DNA of 64,000 nucleotides from Anaeromyxobacteraceae bacterium (GCA_032654565.1 JAULAX010000017.1:96001-160000); one strand, 5' to 3'; shown: positions 40,322-51,772, counted from the stretch's first letter. The notes: generated by a model not told the origin, from the sequence alone. Made by a program: numbers and translations.

Positions 40322-41312
40322 AGCCCCCCGTCCCCACCATCGGCAGCAGGCTGGTCCCCGGGGCCCCCATCTCGTGCCGCTCGTGCTTGAGCGCCAGCGC
40401 CGCCCGGATGGCCTCGCCGATCTCCCGGTCCGGCGTCCCATCCCGCAGCAGCGCCTTCAACGACACCTGCTCACGCCCGCCCAGGCAGGCGCGCAGCGAG
40501 CCGTCGGCGGCGACCCGCACCCGGTTGCACCCCTCGCAGAAGTTCTCGGTCATGGCGCCGATGAAGCCGAGCAGCCCGCCCTCGGGCGGCGCCCCCTCGC
40601 CGTAGCCGCGCATGTGCGTGGCCGGCCCCCAGCCGCGGGTGGCGTCGGGCTCGAGCCGCAGCCCCTGCGCCACCAGCCGCTCCCGCACCTCGGCCAGCGG
40701 CACCGGCACCCCCTGTCCGAACGGCATCAGCTCGATGAACCGCACGATGGCCCCGTGGCTCCAGCCGAAGCGGGCCAGCGCCGCCAGCTCGCCGTCGTTG
40801 ACGCCGCGCATCACCACCACGTTGAGCTTCATGGAGAGGAAGCCGGCGGCGCGGGCGGCGGCGATGCCGGCGGTGATGCGGGGCAGCGAGGCGGCCCGCC
40901 CGGAGAGGGCCAGCAGCTTGCCGGGGTCGAGGGTGTCGAGCGAGATGTTGATGCGGGAGAGGCCGGCGGCCCGCAGCGGCCCGGCCAGCTCGGCCAGCGC
41001 CTGGCCGTTGCTGGTCAGCGCCACCTCCTCGATGCCCGGGGCGCCGGCCACGTCGCCGACGATCTCCACCAGGTCGCGGCGGAGCGTCGGCTCGCCGCCG
41101 GTGAGCCGCACCCGCCGCACCCCCAGCCCGGCGAAGATCCCGGTGAGCCGCCGCACCTCGGGGCGGGTCAGCGGGTCCTCGTGCTGCTCCATCGCCAGCG
41201 GCGAGCAGTAGCTGCAGCGGAAGTTGCAGCGGTCGGTCAGGGAGAGCCGCAGGTAGCTGATGATCCGCCCCTGGGCGTCCTGCAGCACCGGGGGCAGCGC
41301 CGGGGTCGGCAT
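40320..41312 (-). CDS. moaA: GTP 3',8-cyclase
   Basis: 'YLRLSLTDRCNFRCSYC', 'LTGGEP', 'FCEGCNRVR', C-terminal GG. Confidence 0.95.
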   Translation of the reverse strand: MPTPALPPVLQDAQGRIISYLRLSLTDRCNFRCSYCSPLAMEQHEDPLTRPEVRRLTGIFAGLGVRRVRLTGGEPTLRRDLVEIVGDVAGAPGIEEVALTSNGQALAELAGPLRAAGLSRINISLDTLDPGKLLALSGRAASLPRITAGIAAARAAGFLSMKLNVVVMRGVNDGELAALARFGWSHGAIVRFIELMPFGQGVPVPLAEVRERLVAQGLRLEPDATRGWGPATHMRGYGEGAPPEGGLLGFIGAMTENFCEGCNRVRVAADGSLRACLGGREQVSLKALLRDGTPDREIGEAIRAALALKHERHEMGAPGTSLLPMVGTGG

Positions 41313-42397
41313 CAGATCGGCTGCTCGGTGGTGGGCCGGGCCAGCTCCTCCAGCTCGGGGGTGGTGATGGTCAGGAAGGGCTCGACGCAGGCCGGGTCGA
41401 ACTGGGTGCCGGAGCAGCGCTGCATCTCGGCCCGGGCCGCCTCGGGGGCCTGCTTCTTCCGGTAGGGGCGGTCGGAGGTGATGGCGTCGTAGGTGTCGGC
41501 GATGGCGAAGATGCGGGCGCCCAGCGGCACCGCCTCGCCGGCCAGGCCGCGCGGGTAGCCCTTGCCGTCGAAGCGCTCCTGGTGGGAGAGGACGATCTCG
41601 GCGGGCAGCCCGAGGAAGGGGATGGCCCGGAGGATGTCGTGGCCGATCTGCGGGTGGGTGCGCATCACCACCCACTCCTCCTCGGTGAGCTTGCCCGGCT
41701 TGGAGAGGATGGCGTCGGGGATGCCGATCTTGCCGATGTCGTGGAGCAGGGCGCCGCGGCCGATGGCCGGCAGCTCCTTCTCGGCGAGGCCGAGCCGCCG
41801 GGCGATGGCCAGGGTGTAGCGCACCACCCGCTGCGAGTGGTTGCTCACCTCGTGCTCGCGGGCGTCGAGCGCCGCCACCAGCGCCCACAGGGTGGTGGAG
41901 TAGGTGACCTCCAGGTCCTGCAGGGCCTGCTGCAGCTCGCCGGTGCGGTCGCGCACCCGCCGCTCCAGGCTGGTCCGGTAGCGCTGCCGCGCCTGCTCCA
42001 GCCGCCGCTTGGAGAGCGCCTGCTCGATGGCCCGGATCAGGTCGGTGACCTTGGGCGGCTTGAGCAGGTAGTCGGTGGCCCCCTTGTGCAGCGCCTCCAC
42101 CGCCGCCTCGGTGTCGCCGAAGGCGGTGAGCATGATGATGGCGGTGTCGGGGCGGGCCTCGTGGAGCCGGTCGCGCAGCCAGGCGCCGTCCTTGCCCGGC
42201 ATGCGCATGTCGCTGATGACCAGCGGGAACTCCTCGGCCCGCGCCAGGTCCAGCGCTGACTCGGCGTTGTCCACCGTGGTGGTCTCGTACCCCTCCTCGC
42301 GCAGGAGCAGGCCGATGGCGTTGCGCACTGCGGCGTCGTCGTCCACCACCAGGATGCGCACCGGCTCGCGGCTGGGGTCGATACGTGGATCGGTCAT
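41312..42397 (-). CDS. Response regulator with HD-GYP c-di-GMP phosphodiesterase domain
   Basis: REC domain plus 'LLHDIGKIG', 'HQERFDGKGYP', 'DRPYR'. Confidence 0.93.
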   Translation of the reverse strand: MTDPRIDPSREPVRILVVDDDAAVRNAIGLLLREEGYETTTVDNAESALDLARAEEFPLVISDMRMPGKDGAWLRDRLHEARPDTAIIMLTAFGDTEAAVEALHKGATDYLLKPPKVTDLIRAIEQALSKRRLEQARQRYRTSLERRVRDRTGELQQALQDLEVTYSTTLWALVAALDAREHEVSNHSQRVVRYTLAIARRLGLAEKELPAIGRGALLHDIGKIGIPDAILSKPGKLTEEEWVVMRTHPQIGHDILRAIPFLGLPAEIVLSHQERFDGKGYPRGLAGEAVPLGARIFAIADTYDAITSDRPYRKKQAPEAARAEMQRCSGTQFDPACVEPFLTITTPELEELARPTTEQPI

Positions 42398-42508
42398 TCG
42401 TCTCCCGCAGGTGCGCCCCGGGCGGGGCGCGGACGGTGGAACCACTATAACATCGGGACACGGCGCCTTGACCCGAAGGCTGGTCACGGATAAGTCGCCG
42501 CCAGCACC

Positions 42509-43510
42509 ATGTCCGGCACCACGCGCCCCACCTTGCCCGTCCTGGGCTCCGATCCCGAGCCAACCCCCCGGGGAGAGCTGGCCGCCGGCCTGCGGGCGGG
42601 GGGGCTGCCCATCCGGGCCCAGAAGCCCCGCTGGCTCAAGGTGCCGGTGCCGGGGGGGGAGCGCTACCAGCAGGTCAAGGCCACGCTCTCCAGGCTCCAG
42701 CTCCACACCGTCTGTGCCGAGGCCCACTGCCCCAACGTCGGCGAGTGCTGGGGGGGCGGGACCGCCACCGTCATGCTGATGGGCGACACCTGCACCCGCG
42801 GCTGCCGCTTCTGCCAGGTGAAGACCGCCGCCCGGCCGCCGGCGCTCGATCCCGACGAGCCGCGTCACCTGGCCGAGGCGGTGGCCGAGCTCGGCCTCGA
42901 CTACATCGTGGTCACCAGCGTCGACCGCGACGACCTGCCGGACGGCGGCGCCGCCCACTTCGCCGAGGCCATCCGGAGGCTCAAGGCCATCCCCGGGCTG
43001 CTGGTCGAGGTGCTCACCCCCGACTTCCAGGGCGACGCCGCGGCGGTGCGGACCGTGGGGCGGGCCGCCCCGGACGTCTTCGCCAACAACATCGAGACGG
43101 TGCGCCGGCTCTCGCCGGTGGTGCGCGACGACCGGGCCGGCTACCAGCAGACCCTCGACGTGCTGGCCCGCATGAAGGCGGAGTTCCCCGCGGTGGTGAC
43201 CAAGTCCTCGATCATGGTCGGCCTCGGCGAGACCGAGGCCGAGGTGGTGGAGACCATGCGCGACCTGCGGGCCCACGGCGTGGAGATCCTGACGCTGGGC
43301 CAGTACCTGCGGCCGAGCGCCTGGCACCTGCCGGTGGCCGAGTTCGTCACCCCGGAGCGGTTCGAGGCGCTGCGGCAGCAGGGGCTGGCGCTCGGCTTCC
43401 GCTACGTGGCCAGCGGGCCGCTGGTCCGCTCCTCCTACCGCGCCGCCGAGCTCTTCCTGCGCGGCGAGCTGGCGGCCCGGGCCGACCCCCGCGTCGCGGA
43501 GCCGGCGTGA
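42509..43510 (+). CDS. lipA: Lipoyl synthase
   Basis: '[12 protein letters not shown]', 'CTRGCRFC', 'RSSY'. Confidence 0.97.
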   Translation: MSGTTRPTLPVLGSDPEPTPRGELAAGLRAGGLPIRAQKPRWLKVPVPGGERYQQVKATLSRLQLHTVCAEAHCPNVGECWGGGTATVMLMGDTCTRGCRFCQVKTAARPPALDPDEPRHLAEAVAELGLDYIVVTSVDRDDLPDGGAAHFAEAIRRLKAIPGLLVEVLTPDFQGDAAAVRTVGRAAPDVFANNIETVRRLSPVVRDDRAGYQQTLDVLARMKAEFPAVVTKSSIMVGLGETEAEVVETMRDLRAHGVEILTLGQYLRPSAWHLPVAEFVTPERFEALRQQGLALGFRYVASGPLVRSSYRAAELFLRGELAARADPRVAEPA

Positions 43511-44703
43511 AGCGGGAGCGATCCCACAAGCCGCCGGTCCGCGCCGACGCCGGCACCGCCCGGGAGTGGGCGCCGGGGCGCTTCCTCGCCGAGTTCCCCA
43601 TCTACCGGGTGGTCGACGAGGACGGCAAGCTGGTGGCCGGCGCCGAGCTGGAGATGCCGGAGGCCGAGCTGCTGGCGCTCTACCGCTGGATGGTGCTGGG
43701 GCGCTCGCTCGACGAGCGCATGATCACGCTGCAGCGCCAGGGGCGCATCGGCTTCTACATCGGCGCCATCGGCGAGGAGGCCACGGTGTTCGGCACCGTG
43801 GCGGCGCTGGCGCCGCAGGACTGGATCTTCCCCTCCTACCGGGAGCACGGCGCCGCCTTCCTGCGCGGCCTGCCGCTGGTCACCTTCATGGCCAACCTCT
43901 TCGGCAACGCCGGGGACATCGTCAAGGGGCGGCAGATGCCCTGCCACGAGACCTGGGCGCCCGGCCACTTCGTCTCCATCAGCTCGCCCATCGCCACCCA
44001 GCTGACCCAGGCGGTGGGCGCCGCCTGGGCGGCCCGCATCCAGGGCGACGACATGGTCCCCATCGCCTTCTTCGGCGACGGCTCCACCAGCGCCCACGAC
44101 TTCCACACCGGCCTCAACTTCGCCGCGGTCATGAAGCTGCCGGTCATCTTCGCCTGCCGCAACAACGGCTGGGCCATCAGCACCCCCTCGGCCAGCCAGA
44201 CGGTGTCGGAGACCATGGCCCAGAAGGCCATCGGCTACGGCATGCGCGGCGAGCGGGTGGACGGCAATGACCTGGTGGCGGTCTGGACCGCCACCCGCCG
44301 GGCCCGGCAGCGGGCCGCCGCCGGCGAGGGGCCGACGCTGCTGGAGCTGGTCACCTACCGGATGGAGGGCCACTCCACCTCCGACGACCCGCGCGCCTAC
44401 CGCCCGGCCGAGGTGGTCGAGCCCTGGAAGCGCAAGGACCCCATCATGCGGGTGAAGAAGCTGCTGGCCGCGCGTGGCCTGCTCGACGAGGCCGGCGAGG
44501 CGGCGCTGCGCGAGGAGGTGCGGCTGGAGCTGCAGGCGGCGCTCCAGGAGGCCGAGGCCTTCCCGCCCAAGGCGCCGCTGGCCAGCCTCTTCGAGGACGT
44601 CTACGCCGAGCCGGGCTGGGCCCAGCGCGAGCAGCTGGCCGAGCTCGAGGGCGCCATCGACGCCGACCCGCGCGTCGCCAACCCCCGCCACGTGGAAGGC
44701 TGA
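43507..44703 (+). CDS. 2-oxoacid (branched-chain or pyruvate) dehydrogenase E1 alpha
   Basis: '[10 protein letters not shown]', 'GRQMPCH', 'FGDG...NNGWAIS', 'HSTSDD'. Confidence 0.93.
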   Translation: MKRERSHKPPVRADAGTAREWAPGRFLAEFPIYRVVDEDGKLVAGAELEMPEAELLALYRWMVLGRSLDERMITLQRQGRIGFYIGAIGEEATVFGTVAALAPQDWIFPSYREHGAAFLRGLPLVTFMANLFGNAGDIVKGRQMPCHETWAPGHFVSISSPIATQLTQAVGAAWAARIQGDDMVPIAFFGDGSTSAHDFHTGLNFAAVMKLPVIFACRNNGWAISTPSASQTVSETMAQKAIGYGMRGERVDGNDLVAVWTATRRARQRAAAGEGPTLLELVTYRMEGHSTSDDPRAYRPAEVVEPWKRKDPIMRVKKLLAARGLLDEAGEAALREEVRLELQAALQEAEAFPPKAPLASLFEDVYAEPGWAQREQLAELEGAIDADPRVANPRHVEG

Positions 44704-44713
44704 CCCCGCGCCC

Positions 44714-45688
<975 letters not shown>

Positions 45689-45703
45689 CCGCCGAGGCCC
45701 GCC

Positions 45704-47005
45704 ATGCCCTACACGCTGGAGCTGCCCGACATCGGCGAGGGGGTCGTCGAGGCCGAGATCATGAAGTGGTTCGTCGCCGAGGGTGACGAGGTGGTCGAGG
45801 ACCAGCCGCTGGTGGAGGTGATGACCGACAAGGCGACCGTGACCATCCCGTCGCCGAAGCGGGGGCGGGTGGTGCGCCGCTGCTGGAAGGAGGGGGAGCT
45901 GGCCAGGGTCCACTCGGCGCTGATCGAGCTGGAGCTGGGGGTGGGCGGTGGCGCCGGCAAGGCCCAGTCCCCGGCCGCGCCGACCCGCGTCCCCGCCGCC
46001 ACGGCCCCGTCGGCCCCGTCGGACCGAGCCGGTCCGCCTGCCCAGCCCGTTCAGCCCACCCGACCTGCACCAGCCGCCTCCCCCGCCGCGCCGCTCCGCC
46101 CCGCCGGCACCCGCGCCCTGGCCACGCCGGCCGTCCGCGCCCTGGCCCGAGAGCTCTCTCTCGACCTGCAGCAGGTGGCCGGCAGCGGCGACGGCGGCCG
46201 GGTCACCAAGCAGGATCTCCATTCCTTCACCCAGCGGGGCGGCCCGCCACCGGGCGACGCCCCGCTCGAGGAGCGGCGCGCCGTGGCCCGGGTCTCTCGC
46301 GGCACCGACGAGCGGATCCCGCTGCGCGGCGTCCGCAAGCGGATCGCCGAGAAGATGGCCCTCTCCAAGCGGACCGCCGCCCACTTCACCTTCGTGGAGC
46401 AGTGCGACGTCACCGAGCTGACCCGGCTGAAGGACCGGCTGGCGGCCGGGGCCCGGGCCGAGGGGGTCAAGCTCACCTTCCTGCCCTTCGTGGTCAAGGC
46501 GGTGGTGGCGGCGCTGCAGGCCCACCCCAAGCTCAACGCCGCCCTCGACGAGGCCGCCGGCGAGATCGTCCTGAAGCGTCACTGGGACATCGGCATCGCC
46601 GCCGCCACCGACCAGGGGCTGCTGGTGCCGGTGATCCGCGACGCCGACACCCGCTCGCTGCTCGACCTGGCCCGCGAGATCGAGCGGCTCTCCGGCGAGG
46701 CCAAGGCCGGCAAGGCCCGCGCCGAGGACCACGGCCACTCCACCTTCACCGTCAGCAGCCTGGGGGCGCTGGGCGGGATGTTCGCCACCCCGGTGCTCAA
46801 CCACCCCGAGGTCGGCATCCTCGGCGTCCACCGGGCCCGCCCCACGCCGGTGGTGCGCGACGGGCAGGTGGTGATCCGCGACGTCATGCACGTCTCGGTG
46901 ACCAGCGACCACCGGGTGGTGGACGGCCACGAGGCGGCCGCCTTCTGCTACGAGGTGATCAAGTTCCTCGAGGAGCCGGGGCTGCTCTTCATGCGGCTGG
47001 TCTGA
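45704..47005 (+). CDS. Dihydrolipoamide acyltransferase E2
   Basis: Lipoyl domain 'EVMTDKA', E3-binding domain, 'DHRVVDG'. Confidence 0.95.
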   Translation: MPYTLELPDIGEGVVEAEIMKWFVAEGDEVVEDQPLVEVMTDKATVTIPSPKRGRVVRRCWKEGELARVHSALIELELGVGGGAGKAQSPAAPTRVPAATAPSAPSDRAGPPAQPVQPTRPAPAASPAAPLRPAGTRALATPAVRALARELSLDLQQVAGSGDGGRVTKQDLHSFTQRGGPPPGDAPLEERRAVARVSRGTDERIPLRGVRKRIAEKMALSKRTAAHFTFVEQCDVTELTRLKDRLAAGARAEGVKLTFLPFVVKAVVAALQAHPKLNAALDEAAGEIVLKRHWDIGIAAATDQGLLVPVIRDADTRSLLDLAREIERLSGEAKAGKARAEDHGHSTFTVSSLGALGGMFATPVLNHPEVGILGVHRARPTPVVRDGQVVIRDVMHVSVTSDHRVVDGHEAAAFCYEVIKFLEEPGLLFMRLV

Positions 47006-47096
47006 CCCGTCCGGTTTCTGGCCGGGACCGGCCGGGCGCGGCGCGTGGCCGGCCCCGAGCGTATATTCAGCGGGCGGAGACCAGGAGAGGGGACAC

Positions 47097-48521
47097 ATGT
47101 CGACCAGGACGTTCGAGGCGGTGGTCATCGGCGCGGGGCCGGGCGGGTACGTGGCCGCCATCCGGCTGGCGCAGCTCGGCAAGAAGGTGGCGCTGGTGGA
47201 GAAGGAGTCGCTGGGCGGGGTCTGCCTCAACTGGGGCTGCATCCCGTCGAAGGCGCTGATCGCCGCCGCCAACCTGGTCGAGGACGTGCGCGGGGCGGCC
47301 GAGCGCGGCATCCTCGCCGAGGCGCCGCGGGTGGACGCGGCCAAGCTGCGCGAGTTCAAGAACGGCGTGGTCAAGAAGCTGGTGGGCGGCGTCGGCCAGC
47401 TCCAGAAGGGGAACGGCGTCGAGGTCATCAAGGGGACGGCGAAGTTCGTCTCGCCCACCGCCATCGAGGTGACCGGCGGCGCCGAGCCGCTGCGCGTCGA
47501 GGCCCCGGCCTTCATCCTCGCCACCGGCGCCCGCTCCATCGAGATCCCCGGCTTCGCCTTCGACGGCAAGGACGTCTGGAGCGCCCGCGAGGCGGTCGAC
47601 CTGCCGGAGGTGCCGAAGCGGCTGGTGGTGGTGGGCGGGGGGGTCATCGGCCTCGAGCTCGGCACCGTCTACGCCAAGCTGGGCAGCGAGGTGACCTTCC
47701 TGGAGGCCCTGCCGACCATCCTGGCCGGCATCGACGCCGAGGCGGTGCGCCTCGTGCAGAAGGGGCTGCGGCAGCGCAAGGCCACCGTCCACGTCAACGC
47801 CAAGGCCAAGGGGTTCGAGCGCAAGGGGAAGGAGCTGGTGGTGAAGTTCGAGGTGGACGGCGCCGCCCAGACCGTCTCCTGCGACAAGATCCTGGTGGCG
47901 GTGGGGATGCGCCCGGTCACCGACGGTCTCGGGCTGGAGGCGGCCGGCGTCAAGGTGGGGCCCAAGGGGTTCGTCGAGGTGGACGCCCAGTACCGGACCA
48001 GCGCCCCGAGCGTCTTCGCCATCGGCGACCTCTCCGGCCCGCCGCTGCTGGCCCACAAGGCCTCCAAGGAGGGCGAGATCGCCGCCGAGGTGATCGCCGG
48101 CAAGAAGAGCGCCCGCGACTGGGTGGCGCTGCCGGCCGCCATCTTCAGCGACCCGGAGGTGGCCGCGGTGGGGCTCTCCGAGGAGCAGGCGGTGGCCGCC
48201 GGCTTCGAGCCCATGGTGGGCAAGTTCGCCTTCGCGGCGCTGGGGCGGGCCATCGCCATGGACCACACCGAGGGGTTCGTGAAGGTGGTGGGCGACAAGA
48301 AGTCCGGGCTGCTGCTGGGCGTGACCATGTGCGGCCCGGAGGCCTCGGATCTCATCGCCGAGGCGGCGCTGGCCCTGGAGATGGGCGCCTACGTGGAGGA
48401 CGTGGCCCTGACCATCCACGCCCACCCGACGCTGGCCGAGGCCTTCATGGAGGCCTGCAAGGCGGCGCTGGGCGAGGCCATCCACGCCCTCAACCGGCCG
48501 GAACGGCCGAAGAAGGCGTGA
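47097..48521 (+). CDS. lpdA: Dihydrolipoamide dehydrogenase E3
   Basis: GAGPGG, 'GGVCLNWGCIPSK', 'HAHPTLAE'. Confidence 0.97.
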   Translation: MSTRTFEAVVIGAGPGGYVAAIRLAQLGKKVALVEKESLGGVCLNWGCIPSKALIAAANLVEDVRGAAERGILAEAPRVDAAKLREFKNGVVKKLVGGVGQLQKGNGVEVIKGTAKFVSPTAIEVTGGAEPLRVEAPAFILATGARSIEIPGFAFDGKDVWSAREAVDLPEVPKRLVVVGGGVIGLELGTVYAKLGSEVTFLEALPTILAGIDAEAVRLVQKGLRQRKATVHVNAKAKGFERKGKELVVKFEVDGAAQTVSCDKILVAVGMRPVTDGLGLEAAGVKVGPKGFVEVDAQYRTSAPSVFAIGDLSGPPLLAHKASKEGEIAAEVIAGKKSARDWVALPAAIFSDPEVAAVGLSEEQAVAAGFEPMVGKFAFAALGRAIAMDHTEGFVKVVGDKKSGLLLGVTMCGPEASDLIAEAALALEMGAYVEDVALTIHAHPTLAEAFMEACKAALGEAIHALNRPERPKKA

Positions 48522-49672
48522 GATCCCTCCAGCTCCACCGGCTCGGGCGGGTCGAGTACCAGGACGGCCTCTCGCTGATGCGGCTGGCGGGCGAGGCGGT
48601 CCGCGGCGGGCTGCCGCCGGAGACCGACCACCTCTTCCTGCTGGAGCACCCGCCGGTGCTCACCTTCGGCCGCAGCGCCGACCGGACCCACCTGATCGCC
48701 GCGCCGGCCTGGCTGGCGGCGCAGGGGTTCGAGCTGCACGAGACCGACCGGGGCGGCGACGTCACCTACCACGGCCCCGGGCAGGTGGTCGGCTACCCGG
48801 TGCTCGACCTGGCCGACCGCCCCGACGTGCGCCGCTACGTGGCGGCGCTGGAGGAGGCGATGATCCGGACCTGCGCCGACCACGGCCTCGCCGCCGGCCG
48901 CCACGAGGAGCACCGCGGCGCCTGGGTGGGCGCGAAGAAGATCGGCGCCGTGGGTGTCCACCTGGCCCGCTGGATCACCAGCCACGGCTTCGCCTTCAAC
49001 CACGCGCCCGACCTGCAGCACTTCCAGGTGATCGTCCCCTGCGGCATCGCCGACCCGCGGCTCGGCGTCACCACGCTGGCGGCGGAGCTGGCGGCGCGCG
49101 GCCGGGCCACCCCGCCGGTCGAGGAGGTGGAGCTGCAGCTGGCCACCCACGCCGCGGCGGCGCTGGAGCGGGCCCTGGTCCCCGGCCCGGCGGCGCTGCG
49201 GACGGTGTCGGTGGTGCCGGTGGGGAGCGACGGCCGGGTGCTGCTGCTGAAGCGGGCGCCGGGGCGGGGCGGCTTCTGGCAGCCGGTCACCGGGCGGATC
49301 GAGCCGGGCGAGACGGCGGCCGAGGCGGCGCGGCGCGAGCTGCGCGAGGAGACCGGGGCCGACGTGGCGGTGGCGCCGCTCGGCTACCGGCACGGGTTCG
49401 CCATCGACCACGCGGTGATGGGGCGGGCCCCCGGGCCTGTGCGCGGCGCCGACGAAGAGGCCTTCGTGGCCCGGCTGCCGGCCGGATTCGAGCCGTGCCT
49501 CTCCGAGGAGCACGTGGAGCTGGCCTGGCACCCGCCCGAGGAGGCGGCCGCCGTCCCGCGCTTCGCCGGGCTGCGCCGGGCCATCCGGCTGGCGACCGGG
49601 CTGGAGCGGCCAGCGCCTAGCGCCCCAGCAGCAGCCGCAGCAGCGCCCGCACCGGCCGCCACAGGTAGGTGA
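48518..49672 (+). CDS. lipB: Octanoyltransferase LipB fused to a C-terminal NUDIX hydrolase
   Basis: 'LLEHPPV', 'RGGDVTYHGPGQ', 'KIGAVG', 'HGFAFN', 'IVPCGI', then Nudix box 'GRIEPGETAAEAARRELREETG'. Confidence 0.9.
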   Translation: MRSLQLHRLGRVEYQDGLSLMRLAGEAVRGGLPPETDHLFLLEHPPVLTFGRSADRTHLIAAPAWLAAQGFELHETDRGGDVTYHGPGQVVGYPVLDLADRPDVRRYVAALEEAMIRTCADHGLAAGRHEEHRGAWVGAKKIGAVGVHLARWITSHGFAFNHAPDLQHFQVIVPCGIADPRLGVTTLAAELAARGRATPPVEEVELQLATHAAAALERALVPGPAALRTVSVVPVGSDGRVLLLKRAPGRGGFWQPVTGRIEPGETAAEAARRELREETGADVAVAPLGYRHGFAIDHAVMGRAPGPVRGADEEAFVARLPAGFEPCLSEEHVELAWHPPEEAAAVPRFAGLRRAIRLATGLERPAPSAPAAAAAAPAPAATGR

Positions 49673-50801
49673 GCGGCAGCAGCGGCGACCGCCGCCCCAC
49701 GCCGTACCGCTCGGCCATGAAGTCGGGCGAGGGGAGGAGCGCGCCGAGGCCGACGCCGGCGAGCAGCCCCACCTGCCCCTCCAGCGTGGCGCCGCGGACC
49801 AGCAGGGCCCGCCGGAGCCGGGTCCAGGGCCACCACGGGGGGGCCAGCACCACCTCGGCCCCGCGCCCCCAGAGGCGGCCCGGCCGGGCCACGGCGGCGC
49901 GCGACTCCTCCAGCAGCCGGAGCGAGGCGGTCACCGGGGCCCCGTAGATCCGCTCGGCCTCGGCGAGCGAGGCGCCGCCGGCCAGCAGCGCGTTCAGGTC
50001 GGCGACGTGGCGCGGCAGGTAGCGCCGCTCGCCGCGGTGGCCGCCGAAGACGTGGGCGCAGAGGATGCCGAGCAGGTCGGTAGCGGACGGGACGGCGCCG
50101 ACGGGACCTCCGCCCTGGAGGGCGCGGGCCCAGACGCCGTCGTCGAAGCGGTGGGACAGGTGGCCGGGAAGCTCGTGGTGCAGCTCGACGGTGATCGACT
50201 CGGGGCTGATGAGCGGGGGCAAGTGGTGGCCGAGCTGCTTGGGGCGGCCCACGGCGCCGAAGAGCCGCCCGTCCATGGTGGCGCCCACCTGGTAGTCGGT
50301 GTATCCGGCGGCGCGGAGCAGGTCGGCCGCCCGGTGGACCTCGGCCGGGTGGATGAGGATGTCCAGGTCGGCCTGGTAGCGGAGCGAGAAGTAGCGCGGG
50401 GCGTGGTGGGCCATGGCCGTCCCCTTGAGCGCCAGGGACGCGACGCCGGCGGCGGAGAGCGTGCGGTGGACCCTGGCGGCCACGTGGGCGTGGAGTGCGT
50501 TCCGGGCGGCGATGTACCCGGCCTCGGCCGCGACCCGGGACAGCAGGGCCGGGGGCAGGGCGCCCCCGAGCCCAGCCGCCTCGATCCCGTCGAAGAGCAT
50601 GCCGGCGAGGCCGAGCGAGCCGGCCGCGTCGATCAGCGCCTCCCAGTCGAGCCCGGCGCTGGCCAGCGCGCGCAGGCGGGCCAGGTCGAGCGCGCCCTCG
50701 AAGAGGCAGCCGAGCAGGAAGGCCCGCTCCGGGGCGGCGAGCCAGGTCCGCTCGGACGGCACGGTCGTCGGTCTCCCTCCGGCTGGCGCGGCGGCGGCCA
50801 T
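49617..50801 (-). CDS. Nucleotidyltransferase-family protein (NTP_transf_5-like), RiPP-associated
   Basis: 'LALKGTAMA', 'RYQADLDILI', 'VELHH'. The ATG overlaps the kinase stop. Confidence 0.8.
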   Translation of the reverse strand: MAAAAPAGGRPTTVPSERTWLAAPERAFLLGCLFEGALDLARLRALASAGLDWEALIDAAGSLGLAGMLFDGIEAAGLGGALPPALLSRVAAEAGYIAARNALHAHVAARVHRTLSAAGVASLALKGTAMAHHAPRYFSLRYQADLDILIHPAEVHRAADLLRAAGYTDYQVGATMDGRLFGAVGRPKQLGHHLPPLISPESITVELHHELPGHLSHRFDDGVWARALQGGGPVGAVPSATDLLGILCAHVFGGHRGERRYLPRHVADLNALLAGGASLAEAERIYGAPVTASLRLLEESRAAVARPGRLWGRGAEVVLAPPWWPWTRLRRALLVRGATLEGQVGLLAGVGLGALLPSPDFMAERYGVGRRSPLLPLTYLWRPVRALLRLLLGR

Positions 50802-51772
50802 CAGGCGCCCAGCCTGTCGAGGATGCGCCGCGCGGTGCCGATCGGGTCGGTGAGCAGGTCGAGCCCGAGCCCGGCCCGGTAGGCGGTGGCCCCGTTGGCG
50901 AGCGCCGCCAGCACCGGCAGGTGGCCCTGGCCGCCGGGGAGGCCGCGCGTCGCCACCAGCACCGAGGACTCGAGCAGCGCCCCGAGCGCCGTCGCTGGCC
51001 CGGCCGGCTCGAGCCGGGTGGCTGGCTCGCCGGTGAGGCGCGGCAGCAGGATGAAGGCCGGCGCGTCGCCCTCGGCCTGGAAGCGGTCGGGGAACACGCT
51101 GACGGCGTCGAGCCGCCCCTTGCCGGCCCCGGTCTGGAGGCGCGGGTCGAGCCGGCTGGTGAGCCCCAGGGCCCGGGCCGCCCCCTCCGCCAGGTGGAAA
51201 TCCCGCGCCAGGGCGAGGAGCCGGACCGAGGGGCCGTGGCCACGGACGAAGAGGGTGTCGTCGCCGAGGAAGCCGGCCCCGGCCAGGACCAGCGCGGTGG
51301 CCAGCGTGCTCTTCCCCGAGCCGGAGGTAGCCGGGACGAGGACGGTGCCGAGGCCGGGCAGGACCAGCCCGGCGGCGTGGAGGTGGTAGCAGCCGAGCGC
51401 CCGGAGGGCGACCGCCAGGGCGACGAGCAGCGGCCCCTGCGCGATCAGCTCCTCCCCCTCGACGCTGGCCACCGCCGCCGGCGCCATCTGCGCCTCGATG
51501 ACCGGGCCGTCGACGGTGATCCGGGTCCCAGGGCCGACCAGCTCCACCAGCTGGCCAGCGATCCGGACCCGGATGGTGCCGTAGTCGAAGGCGTCGGGGC
51601 CGGGGAGGCGCGGCTGCAGCTCGGCGGGCGCGCCGGGGGCGCACCGGATGGTGAGGGCCGCGGGTGGTCCGGTGGAGGCGGCCGGGAGGGAGGCCAGCAG
51701 CCGGGCCCCCGGGTCACCCGGGAGGGTGGAAGTGGTCTCGACGACGAGACCGTGGAAGTCGAAGCGGGGCAC
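50801..51772 (-). CDS. HPr kinase-like P-loop kinase, RiPP-associated
   Basis: 'LHAAGL', Walker A 'ATSGSGKST', 'FLGDD'. Confidence 0.8.
   Translation of the reverse strand: MPRFDFHGLVVETTSTLPGDPGARLLASLPAASTGPPAALTIRCAPGAPAELQPRLPGPDAFDYGTIRVRIAGQLVELVGPGTRITVDGPVIEAQMAPAAVASVEGEELIAQGPLLVALAVALRALGCYHLHAAGLVLPGLGTVLVPATSGSGKSTLATALVLAGAGFLGDDTLFVRGHGPSVRLLALARDFHLAEGAARALGLTSRLDPRLQTGAGKGRLDAVSVFPDRFQAEGDAPAFILLPRLTGEPATRLEPAGPATALGALLESSVLVATRGLPGGQGHLPVLAALANGATAYRAGLGLDLLTDPIGTARRILDRLGA

Noticed and set aside
40320..42563. 747-aa ORF as a MoaA fusion, and similar long N-terminal extensions of tdh, RAYT, lipB, modB and modC
   Set aside because: The extensions are alternative-frame read-through of the upstream gene. 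Family motifs begin at the internal starts used above.
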